Positions 18,634 through 29,508 of a DNA stretch of 48,509 nt are shown here, one piece after another; the first letter of the stretch is position 1; each line of letters starts with the position of its first letter. The DNA comes from Gemmatimonadales bacterium (lineage in GTDB: Bacteria > Gemmatimonadota > Gemmatimonadetes > Gemmatimonadales > GWC2-71-9). The stretch spans positions 1 to 48,509 of the forward strand of contig DASWDP010000051.1 of the NCBI GenBank assembly GCA_036395195.1. Direction: 5' to 3'. A program made the translations under genes and the position numbers. Below the pieces are notes generated by a model that was not told the origin of the DNA, searched no databases, and saw only the letters and a program-made list of their open reading frames with translations.

Positions 18634-20995
18634 TCACGGCTCTCTGGCTGCTCGTCGCGCTGCAGGGCCCCCAAGGAGTGGACGGGGCCGCGCTCGACGT
18701 GACGGCGCGCGTGGACCGCGTGCGCCTGACGGCGGGTGAGCAGCTGTTGCTGACCGTGCGCGCCCGCACGCGCTCGGCCGAGCCGGTCTCAGTGGTGCTG
18801 CCGGCGCTCACCGGGTTCGCGATCGTGGGCTCGCGCGAGGTGACCGAGGTGACGATCGAGGGCCTGGGCGGCCCCGTGCGCACCACCACCCGCGAGCTGC
18901 AGCTGCGGGCGCAGCGTCCCGGCACGCTCGTGGTCGGCCCGGTGCGGGTACGCCAGGGCCGCCGCGAGGTCGGGACGGCGCCGATCACCGTGAGCGTTGA
19001 CAGCGCCGCCGTCGGCCTGGCGACGACGCTCTCCCCGATCGCGCGCAGCCTCATCGACGCCGCGCCGTCCCCGGCACCCTCGCGGAGCGACCGCGTCGCG
19101 CTCACCGTGATTGTTCCGGGCGACTCGGGGCTGGTCGGGCAGCAGTTCGACGTGATCGCAGCGGCGTGGTTCCCGCGGGAGTTGCGCGGGCGGCTGCGCC
19201 GGGCGCCGGTTCTCACTCTGCAAACGCCCGAGGGCGTGTGGGCGTATCCGGGTGCGGCGCCGAGCGAGGTGGCGGCGTCGCGGCTCGTGCGGGGGCAGTG
19301 GCTCGATCTGTTCGTGGCGCACCAGGCGGTGTTCCCGCTCGCGCCCGGGCGCATCGTGATTCCCCCGGCCACGGTTCAGTATGCGGTTCCGGCCAGTTTC
19401 TCCTTCTTCAGTCGCGAGGAGCGCTTTTCGCTGCGGAGCGATTCGCTGCCGGTCACCGTACTGCCTCTCCCAGAGGCCGGACGGCCCGTCGGGGACCAGC
19501 ACGTGGTCGCTCAGGGACTCGACCTCGCGTTGACGATCGATCCGGCCGACAGCCGCGTGGGGGAGCCGATCGACGTGATGGCGACGGTGTCCGGTGTGGG
19601 GAACGTGGCCCTCTGGCCCGAGCCCGCGATCCGGTGGCCGGCCGGGTTCCGCGCCTACGCCGGCGAGACGGGGATGCGGGTCACCCCGCGCGACGGCCGG
19701 ATCGGCGGTACCAAGACGTTCCACTACCTGGTCGTGCCGGACTCGGCGGGCTCGTTCCTGCTGCCGGACGTGCGCTACCCCTACTACGACATCGCCGCCG
19801 GCCGGTACGCCGCAGCGGCCACCGCTCCCCGCGCGCTCGCCGTGGCGCCGGGGATCGAGCCGCGCGCGGCGCGCGCGCTGCCGCCGCTCGCCCGACCCGC
19901 GATCGCGGTGTGGAGCGACGCGCTGGCGCGCGACCTGATCCCGTGGGGCTGGCTCGCGTTGCTCGTCGGGCCGCCGCTCGTCGCGTGGCTGTCGCGCCGC
20001 CGCGGCGCGCCGCGGCTCGCGCCCGACGCGCTCGCGGCGGCGGCGCCGCTCACGCGGCTCGGCCGGCTCGAGCGCGCGTTCCACAGCGTGCTCGCGAACC
20101 ATGTTCCCGACGCGCAGGCGCGCGACGGGGACGGCCTGGCGCGGGCGCTGCGCGCGTCGGGCGTCGAGAACGCGGTGGCCGATCACGTGATGCGGCTGCG
20201 CGACCGGCTGCGCGCGGCGCGCTACGGGCCCGACGGGCTGGGGGATGCGGTGGAGCTGGCGGCGGAGCTCGAACAGGTGCTGCAGGTGCTCGGTGCAGAG
20301 CCGTCCGGGGGGCGGCGTCGTGTCGCGGCGCTGCTCGCGCTGGTGGCGCTCGCGGCGGCGCACGCGGGCGCCGCGCAGGGGCCGAGCGCCGAGGCGCTGT
20401 ACGACGCGGGCGCGCTGCGCGCCGCCGCCGATTCGTTCGCCGCGCGGGCCGCCGCGGAGCCGGGCGTGCCCGCGCACTGGTACAACCTCGGCGCCACGCT
20501 GTACCGCGCGGCCGCGGACGGCAAGGCGACCGCCGCCTGGGCCGTGGCCGCGCGACTCGCGCCGCGGGACCCGCTGTTGCGGCGCGCCCGCGCCCTCCTC
20601 CCGGCGCCCGACGCCGCGACCGAGCCGCTGCTCGCAGCGGGGCGCGCGACGCCCCACGAATGGGCGCTCGCGGCGGCAGCCTGCTGGTTGGTCCTCTGGG
20701 GCGCGGTCATCGCACGGCGGCGGCGCACCGTCGTGATCGGCCTCGCGGTCCTCACCCTCCTGGCGGCGGGGCTCGGCGGGCTCGCCGCGGCGCGGCGGGC
20801 GCGGCCCGTGGCGGTCGTGATCAATCCCGGGACGCAGGTGCGCGTCGCCCCGTACGGCGGGGCGAGTCCCGTGTCCACGGTCGAGCCGGGTGCGGCGCTC
20901 CTCGTGGCGCGGCGCTACGGGGGGGGCGCCTGGCTCGAGGTGCGCCGCGCGGACGGCGTGCACGGCTGGGTGCTCGCCTCCGAAGTGGTGCGGTT

Positions 20996-20999
<4 letters not shown>
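18630..20999 (+). CDS. fused BatD-like (oxygen tolerance) plus TPR plus C-terminal SH3b (BatE-like) protein, 789 aa
   Basis: The N-terminal BatD-type repeats resemble VDRVRLTAGEQLLLTVRA...F.IVG. A TPR block (HWYNLGATLYRAAADGKA) follows, then TM segments and the C-terminal SH3-like block GAWLEVRRADGVHGWVLASEVVRL. There is a GTGA overlap upstream. Confidence 0.8.
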
Positions 21000-22726
<1,727 letters not shown>

Positions 22727-22729
22727 ACT

Positions 22730-23716
22730 TTGACGGTGCCGCACCGACCGCTGGTCCCGGTAATCGTCGGTCCCACCGCCGTCGGGAAGACGGCGGTCGC
22801 GGCCGCGTGGGCCGGGCGTGCAGCGGTCACCGTCATCTCGGCGGACGCGCGCCAGGTGTACCGGCCACTCGACATCGGGACAGCGAAGCCGGATGCCGAG
22901 CTGCGGGCGCGCGTCCCGCACGTGGGGCTCGATCTGATCGATCCGGGGGAGCGCTACAGCGCGGGGCGGTTCGCGCGCGACGCCGCGGAGTGGCTCGGCG
23001 CGATCCGCGCCGCGGGGCGGCAGCCGGTCATCGTGGGCGGCACCGGTTTCTACGTGCGGGCGTTGGCCGAGGGGCTGTTTCGCGAGCCGCCGCTCGACGC
23101 GGCCCGGCGCGACCGGCTGCGCCGCTGGAGCGCGCGGCTCTCCGCCGCCGAGCTGGCGCACTGGGCGGCGCGACTCGACCGGCGGTTCGCCGGTGGCGGC
23201 CGGCAGCGCGCCGCCCGCGCGATCGAGGTCGCATTGCTCACCGGGCGCGCCCTCAGCTGGTGGCAGGAGCACGCGCGCGAGACGGGGGTCATGCGCCCGT
23301 GGTACATTCATCTCACACTGCCGCGGGACGCGTTGCACCGGCGGATCGCCGAGCGGGTGGATCGCATGCTCGCCGCGGGGCTGGTGGACGAGGTGCGGCG
23401 CGTGCTCGCCGCCGGCGTATCGCCGGGCGCGCCCGGGCTCGACGGCGTCGGCTACCGCGAGGTGGTGGCGCTGCTCGAAGGGCGGATTCCCGAGGCGGGC
23501 CTGCGGGACGCGATCGTCGCGGCGACCCGGCAGTACGCGAAGCGGCAGCAGACGTGGTTTCGACATCAACTGCGGGACGAGGGACGGGGGACGGGGGACG
23601 GGTCGGTGTGGATGCTCGATGCGACGGACGAACCCAACGTGCTCGCCCAACGGATCGTGGAACGCTGGCATGCGATCACCCGTCCCCCGTCCCCCGTCCC
23701 CCGTCCCGTTCGCTGA
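22730..23716 (+). CDS. miaA: tRNA dimethylallyltransferase
   Basis: It has the P-loop VIVGPTAVGKTAVA plus ADARQVYRPLDIGTAKP, VGGTGFYVRAL and RQYAKRQQTWFRH. The start is TTG 22730 (GTG 22736 is an alternative). Confidence 0.93.
   Translation: MTVPHRPLVPVIVGPTAVGKTAVAAAWAGRAAVTVISADARQVYRPLDIGTAKPDAELRARVPHVGLDLIDPGERYSAGRFARDAAEWLGAIRAAGRQPVIVGGTGFYVRALAEGLFREPPLDAARRDRLRRWSARLSAAELAHWAARLDRRFAGGGRQRAARAIEVALLTGRALSWWQEHARETGVMRPWYIHLTLPRDALHRRIAERVDRMLAAGLVDEVRRVLAAGVSPGAPGLDGVGYREVVALLEGRIPEAGLRDAIVAATRQYAKRQQTWFRHQLRDEGRGTGDGSVWMLDATDEPNVLAQRIVERWHAITRPPSPVPRPVR
23574..23708 (+). repeat. inverted pair of heptamer arrays, (GGGACGR)x4 at 23574-23608 and (CGTCCCC)x4 at 23678-23708, with a ~70-nt spacer, at the miaA 3' end
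   Basis: Read directly from the sequence, with more than 20 nt of near-perfect complementarity. The arms encode GRGTGDG and RPPSPVPRPV and bracket the conserved C-terminal block VWMLDATDEPNVLAQRIVERW. Confidence 0.85.
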
Positions 23717-23717
23717 C

Positions 23718-24851
23718 ATGAGAATTGGAATTACGTGCTATCCGACCTACGGCGGCTCCGGCGCGGTCGCGACCGAGCTGGGGCTCGAGCTGGCGCGGCG
23801 CGGCCACGAGGTCCACATCATCTCGTACGCGAGCCCGTTCCGGCTGCGCGGGGGATACGCCGAGCGGGTGACGTTCCACGAGGTCGTGCCGGCCGATTAC
23901 CCTCTGTTCGAGCACTCGCCCTACGCCCTCGCGCTCGCCGTGAAGCAGCACGAGGTGGCGCTGCGCGAAGGGCTCGAGCTGATGCACGCGCACTACGCGA
24001 TTCCGCACGCGGCGACCGCGTGGCTCGCGAAGCAGATGCTCAAGGAGCAGCGCGACCTGAAGGTCGTGACTACCCTCCACGGTACCGACATCACGCTCGT
24101 GGGGCAGGACCCCTCCTACTTCACGATCACCAAGTTCTCGATCGAGCATTCGGACGCCGTGACGGCCGTCTCCGAGTTCCTCAAGGAGGAGACCTACCGG
24201 GCGTTCGGGTGCGTGGGCTGTGACGTGCAGGTGATCCCGAACTTCGTGTCGGCGGCCGACTTCTCTCCCGCGACGGACGGGGGGGGCACGTGCCGCCGCG
24301 CGCTGGCGCCCGCCGGCCACAAGATTCTCATTCACGTGTCCAACTTCCGGCCGGTGAAACGGATCGTGGACGTGGTCCGGATCTTCGCCGCGGTGCGGCG
24401 GGCGCTCCCCGCGACGCTGGTGCTCGCCGGCGACGGCCCCGATCGCGATATCGCCGAGGAGGAGGTGGACCGCCTGGGCCTGCGCGCCGACGTCCGGTTC
24501 CCGGGCAAGGTGGATCGCGTGCCGGATCTGCTGCGGGGCAGCGATCTGTTCCTGCTGCCGTCGCAGAACGAGTCGTTCGGGCTGGGCGCGCTCGAGGCGA
24601 TGGCGTGCGGCGTGCCCGTGCTCGCCAGCCGGGTCGGCGGGCTGCCGGAGGTGGTCGTGGACGGCGAGACGGGATATCTGGCCCCGGTCGGTGCCGTGGA
24701 CGAGTTCGCCGAGCGGGCCGTGACGGTGCTCAAGGATCCCGCTCTGCACGCGCGACTTCGGGCGGGCGCGGCGGCGCGCGCCAGCGAGTTCTCGGCCGAG
24801 CGGATCGTGCCCCGCTACGAAGCGCTCTATCAGGACGTCCTGCGTGCGTGA
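23718..24851 (+). CDS. bshA: N-acetyl-alpha-D-glucosaminyl L-malate synthase (bacillithiol biosynthesis glycosyltransferase, GT4)
   Basis: MRIGITCYPTYGGSGAVATELG...HAHYAIPHA...TTLHGTDITLVG...GLPEVV closely follows the BshA pattern as I recall it from Bacillus YpjH. Confidence 0.85.
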   Translation: MRIGITCYPTYGGSGAVATELGLELARRGHEVHIISYASPFRLRGGYAERVTFHEVVPADYPLFEHSPYALALAVKQHEVALREGLELMHAHYAIPHAATAWLAKQMLKEQRDLKVVTTLHGTDITLVGQDPSYFTITKFSIEHSDAVTAVSEFLKEETYRAFGCVGCDVQVIPNFVSAADFSPATDGGGTCRRALAPAGHKILIHVSNFRPVKRIVDVVRIFAAVRRALPATLVLAGDGPDRDIAEEEVDRLGLRADVRFPGKVDRVPDLLRGSDLFLLPSQNESFGLGALEAMACGVPVLASRVGGLPEVVVDGETGYLAPVGAVDEFAERAVTVLKDPALHARLRAGAAARASEFSAERIVPRYEALYQDVLRA

Positions 24852-25677
24852 CGTGCTGCGGCTCGTCCGCGCCCACAACCTGCTCATCGCCGCGGCCGGC
24901 GTGCTCGCCGGAGGGTGGATCGCCCTCGAGACCGTCGCGCTGCCCCCCCCCAAGCTGCTCGGCTTTGCGGCGCTCGCGGCCGCCGGCTTCGCGGCGGCGG
25001 GGAACACCCTCAACGATCTATGGGACGCCGCGGCTGACCGGGTGAACCGGCCCGGGGGCGAGCGCCCGCTTGCGGCGGCGGGACGGATCGCGCGCGGCAC
25101 GGCGCACCTGTGCGTCGTGGGGGGTGCGCTCGGGGGCCTCGCGGCGGCGATGCTGGTCGGCGGGACGGCGGTGCTCGTAGGTGCCGCCGCGCTCGCCGTG
25201 ATGATCGCGTATTCACCGGTCCTCAAGCGGCGCGGTCTGGCGGGCAACCTCGCCGTCGCGCTCGTCGCCGGGCTGCCGCTCATGTACGGCGCGATCGCCG
25301 TGGGGCGCCCCGCGGCCGGCGTCGTGCCGTGGACGCTCGCGGCGTGGATGCACCTGGTGCGGGAGATCGTGAAGGACCTGGACGACGAGCCAGGCGACCG
25401 CGCGCTGGGGCGCCGCACGCTGCCGATCGTCTTCGGCCCCCGGCGCGCGGCGCTCGTGGCGGCGGCGCTGGCCGGTCTGTTCGTGCCGCTCTCGCTCGCG
25501 CTGCCGGCGAGGGCGCACTACGCGTGGCCCTATTTCGTGGTCGCCCTGTTCGCCCAGCTCGCGGTGCTGCTCGTCGCGACCCGGCTGCTCGTGGGACGAA
25601 CACCGGGCAATACCGTACTCCTCAAAGGAGCGATGCTCGTCGGGATCGTGGCGCTCGTGGCGGGGCGGGTCGCATGA
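24844..25677 (+). CDS. UbiA-family prenyltransferase (DGGGP-synthase-like), 277 aa
   Basis: It has the Asp-rich motif NTLNDLWDAAADRVNRP...RPLAAG, a second motif KDLDDEPGDRALGRRTLP, and about 8 hydrophobic helices. Confidence 0.8.
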   Translation: MRDVLRLVRAHNLLIAAAGVLAGGWIALETVALPPPKLLGFAALAAAGFAAAGNTLNDLWDAAADRVNRPGGERPLAAAGRIARGTAHLCVVGGALGGLAAAMLVGGTAVLVGAAALAVMIAYSPVLKRRGLAGNLAVALVAGLPLMYGAIAVGRPAAGVVPWTLAAWMHLVREIVKDLDDEPGDRALGRRTLPIVFGPRRAALVAAALAGLFVPLSLALPARAHYAWPYFVVALFAQLAVLLVATRLLVGRTPGNTVLLKGAMLVGIVALVAGRVA

Positions 25678-26456
25678 CGTTGTGGCAGGGAATCATCCTG
25701 GGACTGGTGCAGGGGGTCACGGAGTTCCTCCCGATCTCGAGCTCCGGGCATCTCGTGCTCGTGGAGGCGCTCACCGGCATCCATTTCACGGACGTGACCG
25801 TGGAGGTGTCCCTGCACGTGGCCACGCTCGGGTCGGTGCTGGTGGTTTACGGAGCCCGGCTGTGGGAAATCGCCCGCGGCGCGTTGCGCGGCGACGGCCC
25901 GAGCGTGCGCTACGCGGCGTTGCTCATCCTCGCGACGATCCCCGCCGGCTTGATCGGCGTCCTGTTTCACCGCCAGATCGAGGAGCAGTTCCATTCACTG
26001 GTCTGGGTCGGCATCCAGTTCGTGATCACGGGCGTCATTCTGTGGGCGACCCGTGGGTCGCGCGGCGAGCGGACCTTTCCCGCGCCGGGCGCCGCGGTCG
26101 GCATCGGGTTCGCCCAGGCGTTCGCCATCCTTCCCGCCATCTCCCGATCGGGCGCGACCATCGCTGCGGCCCTGTGGGCAGGGCTCACGCCCGCGGCGGC
26201 AGCGGACTTCAGCTTCCTGATGGCCGTTCCCGTGATCGCCGGCGCCGCCGTGCTCGAGGGACGCCAGGTGGTGCTCAACGTCGCGGCCGTGGGCGCCTTG
26301 CCCTGGGCGGTGAGCTTCGTGGTGGCGTTCGTCGGCGGTATCTGGTCCATCAAGTGGCTGGTGGCGCTGCTCCGGCGCGGCCGCTTCCACGTGTTCGCGC
26401 CGTACTGCTGGATCGTGGGCGTGCTGACGCTCGCGTACGCCCTGTGGCCGGCCTGA
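25674..26456 (+). CDS. uppP: undecaprenyl-diphosphate phosphatase
   Basis: It contains GLVQGVTEFLPISSSGHL and QAFAILPAISRSGATI. There is an ATGA overlap upstream. Confidence 0.93.
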   Translation: MTLWQGIILGLVQGVTEFLPISSSGHLVLVEALTGIHFTDVTVEVSLHVATLGSVLVVYGARLWEIARGALRGDGPSVRYAALLILATIPAGLIGVLFHRQIEEQFHSLVWVGIQFVITGVILWATRGSRGERTFPAPGAAVGIGFAQAFAILPAISRSGATIAAALWAGLTPAAAADFSFLMAVPVIAGAAVLEGRQVVLNVAAVGALPWAVSFVVAFVGGIWSIKWLVALLRRGRFHVFAPYCWIVGVLTLAYALWPA

Positions 26457-27196
26457 CGCTCGACGGCGTGCCCGCGGGCGACCTGGCCCCGCGCTGGGGC
26501 GTGCCGCGGTGCGAGCTGGTCGCGCGGCTCGGCTCGACGCTCGACGCGGCGCACCACCTCGGAGCGGCGGGTGTCCCCGCCGGCACGACGCTGATCGCGG
26601 AGGAGCAGACGGCGGGGCGCGGGCGCGACGGGCGCACGTGGCATTCGCCCGCGGGCGGCGTGTGGCTCGCCATGCTGCTCAGGCCGGCGCGCGCGGAGCT
26701 CGGCGCCGTGTCGATCCGCGCCGGCCTGGCGCTCGCCGACGCGGTGGACGCCCTGCTCGGCCGCGCCGAGACCCGCCTCAAGTGGCCGAACGACGTGCTG
26801 CTGGGCGACCGCAAGCTCGCCGGCATCCTGTGCGAGGGGCGCTGGCAGGGCGTGGCGCTCCAGTGGCTCGCCGTCGGCGTCGGGGTGAACGTGTGCAACG
26901 CGATCCCCGCCGACGTCGCGCGGCGGGCGGTGGCGCTGCATGAATGGCTCCCGGCGGTCCGCCGGATCGACCTGCTCGACCGCCTCGTCCCCGCCCTCGC
27001 CCGCCTCTCCGCGAGCGAGCCCGCGCTCTCGGTCGACGAGCGCGCCGCCTTCGCCGCGCGGGACTGGTTGCGCGGGCGCGAGCTGCGTGCGCCCGCCGCG
27101 GGGCGCGTCCGGGGGGTCGGTCCCGACGGCGCCCTGCTCGTGGACGCCGGCGGGGGGACCGTCGCCGTGCGCGAGGGGCGCGTCGAGCTGGCGTGA
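26444..27196 (+). CDS. birA: biotin--[acetyl-CoA-carboxylase] ligase (class I, no N-terminal HTH)
   Basis: It contains EEQTAGRGRDGRTWHSPAGGVWLAMLL and KWPNDVLLGDRKLAGIL. The start is GTG 26444, overlapping uppP by 13 nt. Confidence 0.88.
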   Translation: MAGLTLDGVPAGDLAPRWGVPRCELVARLGSTLDAAHHLGAAGVPAGTTLIAEEQTAGRGRDGRTWHSPAGGVWLAMLLRPARAELGAVSIRAGLALADAVDALLGRAETRLKWPNDVLLGDRKLAGILCEGRWQGVALQWLAVGVGVNVCNAIPADVARRAVALHEWLPAVRRIDLLDRLVPALARLSASEPALSVDERAAFAARDWLRGRELRAPAAGRVRGVGPDGALLVDAGGGTVAVREGRVELA

Positions 27197-27263
27197 GAGG
27201 GGACGGTAGAAGACGGTAGAGGACGGTAGAGGGCGGTAGAGGACGGTAGAGGACGGCGAGAGG
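27197..27263 (+). repeat. left arm: six tandem decamers (GGACGGTAGA AGACGGTAGA GGACGGTAGA GGGCGGTAGA GGACGGTAGA GGACGGCGAG)
   Basis: Read directly from the sequence. Confidence 0.95.
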
Positions 27264-27345
27264 ATCGCTCCCGCCGCCTCATTTTGTCACCGCCGGCAAC
27301 GATACGGTCCGACGGCCCGCCATGCCGGCGGTAGGTTGGGTCCGT

Positions 27346-27708
27346 ATGGCACCCTATGAGCAACTCAGAGCATGGCAGGAGTGTCACAAGCTCGTGCTCG
27401 AGACCTACCGAGCAACGAAGTCGTTCCCGAGGGAAGAACTCTACGGCCTGACGTCTCAGGCACGGCGAGCTGCGTTTTCGGCCGCCGCGAACATCGTCGA
27501 GGGATCATCCAAGCACGGCGCGCGAGAGTATCGTCGGTTTCTCGACATCACGATCGGTTCGCTGGCGGAGCTCGGGTACACCTTTCGCGTCGCAAGAGAA
27601 CTCGCGATGCTGTCGAGCCCGGATTGGGACGCGTTGGAGGATCTGCGACAGCGAGCGGGGTTCCTGACGTGGCGACTGTACAGGTCACTGGGCGACCGAG
27701 GGCGCTGA
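27346..27708 (+). CDS. four-helix-bundle protein (23S rRNA intervening-sequence protein / Avd-like family), ~120 aa
   Basis: YEQLRAWQECHKLVLETYRATKSFPREELYGLTSQARRAAFSAAANIVEGSSK...FLDITIGSLAELGYTFRVAREL is the typical pattern of this family. ATG 27346 is preferred over ATG 27322. Confidence 0.85.
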   Translation: MAPYEQLRAWQECHKLVLETYRATKSFPREELYGLTSQARRAAFSAAANIVEGSSKHGAREYRRFLDITIGSLAELGYTFRVARELAMLSSPDWDALEDLRQRAGFLTWRLYRSLGDRGR

Positions 27709-27714
27709 GACCTT

Positions 27715-27753
27715 CGCCCTCTACCGTCCTCTACCGTCTTCTACCATCTTCTT
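27715..27753 (+). repeat. right arm: about 3.5 tandem decamers CTACCGTCYT, the reverse complement of the left-arm unit
   Basis: Read directly from the sequence. CGCCCTCTACCGTCCTCTACCGTCTTCTACC is the exact reverse complement of 27205-27235, including the order of the variant units. Confidence 0.95.
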
Positions 27754-27758
27754 GCCCC

Positions 27759-28538
27759 ATGCTCCTCGCCATCAACATCAACAACACCGAGACGAAGGTC
27801 GGGCTCTTCCGCGGCGACAGCCTGGAGTCCCACTGGCGCCTCACGACCACGCCGTCGCGCACGCCCGACGAGTGGGCGGCCACGCTCACGGCGTACCTCG
27901 CCCAGGCGGGACGCTCCACGCAGGAGGTCCGGGCCGCGGTGGTCGCATCGGTGGTGCCGCCGATGACGCAAGGCCTGTGTGAAGCCGTGCAGCAGGCCAC
28001 CACGGTGTCGCCGGTGGTCGTGGACGGCCGCTCGACCCTCCCGATCAGGCTCGAGGTGGACGAACCGCTGCAGGTCGGGGCGGACCGCATCCTCAACACC
28101 CTCGCCGCCGCGCAGCTCTTTCACCGCGACACGATCGTGGTGGACTTCGGCACCGCGACCACGTTCGACTGCATCACCGGCGACGGCCGCTTCCTGGGCG
28201 GCGTGATCATGCCCGGCATCCGGACGGCCTCGGACGCGTTGATCCGGGGCACCGCCAAGCTGCCGGCCACCGATCTCACGCCGCCCCACCGCACCATCGG
28301 CCGTCGCACCGACGAAGCGATCCGCGCGGGCGTGCTGCTCGGCACCGCCGACGCGGTGAACGGCATCGTGCGCCGCATCAAGGCCGAGTGGCCGAACGGG
28401 AAGACCCCCCAGGTGATCGCCACCGGGGGTCTCGCGAGCCTCGTCGCGCCGCTCGCCCACGAGATCGAGTCGGTGCATCCCGACCTGACCCTCACCGGCC
28501 TGCGTTTCGCCGCCGCGGCGCTCGGCCTCAAGTGGTAG
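27759..28538 (+). CDS. coaX: type III pantothenate kinase
   Basis: It contains MLLAININNTETKVGLF, VVDFGTATTFD and ATGGLA. Confidence 0.92.
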   Translation: MLLAININNTETKVGLFRGDSLESHWRLTTTPSRTPDEWAATLTAYLAQAGRSTQEVRAAVVASVVPPMTQGLCEAVQQATTVSPVVVDGRSTLPIRLEVDEPLQVGADRILNTLAAAQLFHRDTIVVDFGTATTFDCITGDGRFLGGVIMPGIRTASDALIRGTAKLPATDLTPPHRTIGRRTDEAIRAGVLLGTADAVNGIVRRIKAEWPNGKTPQVIATGGLASLVAPLAHEIESVHPDLTLTGLRFAAAALGLKW

Positions 28539-29452
28539 CCGGGGCGCGCACCCTCAATCGCTGGCGCCGCTGGGGCTACCGGCTGCTCCCCGGCGAGCTG
28601 TTCTCCTACATCCTCCACACGCGCCCCGCCGAGTGGCCAATCATGGCGGGGCACACGCTGCTCGGGTACGTGCTCGCCGTGGGCCTCGGCGGAGCGGCGC
28701 GCGGGGAGCGGTTGCTGCCGGCGCTGGGTGCGCTGGTGATCTGGGTCGTGTTCCTGAACGGCGGCACGCTCGCGATCAACTCCGTGTTCGACAAGGACGA
28801 GGGTGACATCGGCTATCTGAACGCACCGCCACCGCTGCCGCGTCACCTCCTCGCCTTCAGCGGCGCGCTGCTCGCGGGCGGCCAGCTGCTCGCGTTCGCG
28901 CTGCCGGCGGCGTTCCGGATCGATTACGGCATCTGCTTCGCGCTTTCGTTGCTCTACTCGGTGCCGCCGTTCCGGTTCAAAGCCGTGGCGGGCGTCGATT
29001 GGCTCATCAACATGTGGGGCTTCGGAACGCTCACTCCGTTCGCGGCGTGGGCCGCGACCGGGCGGCCGCTCGACGCCGGGCACGCCCTCGTCCTCCTGGC
29101 CTTCTGCCCCCTCTTCGCGGGGCTCTATCCGCTCACTCAGCTGTATCAACTGGAGGAGGACCGCCGCCGCGGCGACCGCACCCTCGCGCTCCTCCTGGGG
29201 ATGCGGGCGAGCCTCGCGGTCGCGATCGCGTGCATCGTGCTGGCGTTCGCGCTGTTCGGCTGGGCGGCAGTGCTGTTGCCGGTGCGGGCATGGCTGCTCG
29301 TCGTCCCGCTCCTCGCGTGGCTCGCCGTGCTCGTGCCCTGGTATCGGCGGCGGGACGCGTTGCCTCCGGCGGGCCACCAGCGGGGGATGTACCGGGCGCT
29401 CGCGGCGTGGGCGCTCACCGATCTCGTGGTGCTGTTGGTGTTTGCCCGCTGA
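28532..29452 (+). CDS. UbiA-family prenyltransferase-like membrane protein, 306 aa
   Basis: It has the N-terminal block HTRPAEWPIMAGHTLLG, the Asp-rich block NSVFDKDEGD and 8-9 hydrophobic helices. GTG 28532 overlaps coaX by 7 nt. Confidence 0.7.
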   Translation: MVAGARTLNRWRRWGYRLLPGELFSYILHTRPAEWPIMAGHTLLGYVLAVGLGGAARGERLLPALGALVIWVVFLNGGTLAINSVFDKDEGDIGYLNAPPPLPRHLLAFSGALLAGGQLLAFALPAAFRIDYGICFALSLLYSVPPFRFKAVAGVDWLINMWGFGTLTPFAAWAATGRPLDAGHALVLLAFCPLFAGLYPLTQLYQLEEDRRRGDRTLALLLGMRASLAVAIACIVLAFALFGWAAVLLPVRAWLLVVPLLAWLAVLVPWYRRRDALPPAGHQRGMYRALAAWALTDLVVLLVFAR

Positions 29453-29508
29453 GACCGCGGACTTAGATTTGGCGGTGACAACCCTCTCGACCCAGGAGCT
29501 GTGACAGC

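Larger units (their letters stand above)
27197..27753 (+). mobile_element. IVS-like cassette: a four-helix-bundle gene bracketed by inverted decamer arrays, filling the whole birA-coaX intergenic space
   Basis: There is a perfect 31-bp inverted repeat (27205-27235 against 27715-27745). The cassette starts 1 nt after the birA stop and ends 5 nt before the coaX start. Its internal gene has visibly more A/T-ending codons than the flanking genes. No transposase is present, so mobility is inferred and not shown. Confidence 0.45.

Noticed and set aside
27197-27263. A possible CRISPR array or minisatellite.
   Set aside because: The units are 10 nt and directly abutting with no spacers, far from CRISPR geometry, and no cas genes are present. 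I interpret it instead as one arm of an inverted-repeat pair.
27346-27708. A diversity-generating retroelement, since the four-helix-bundle protein resembles Avd.
   Set aside because: No reverse transcriptase gene, template repeat or variable repeat pair is visible anywhere in the window.
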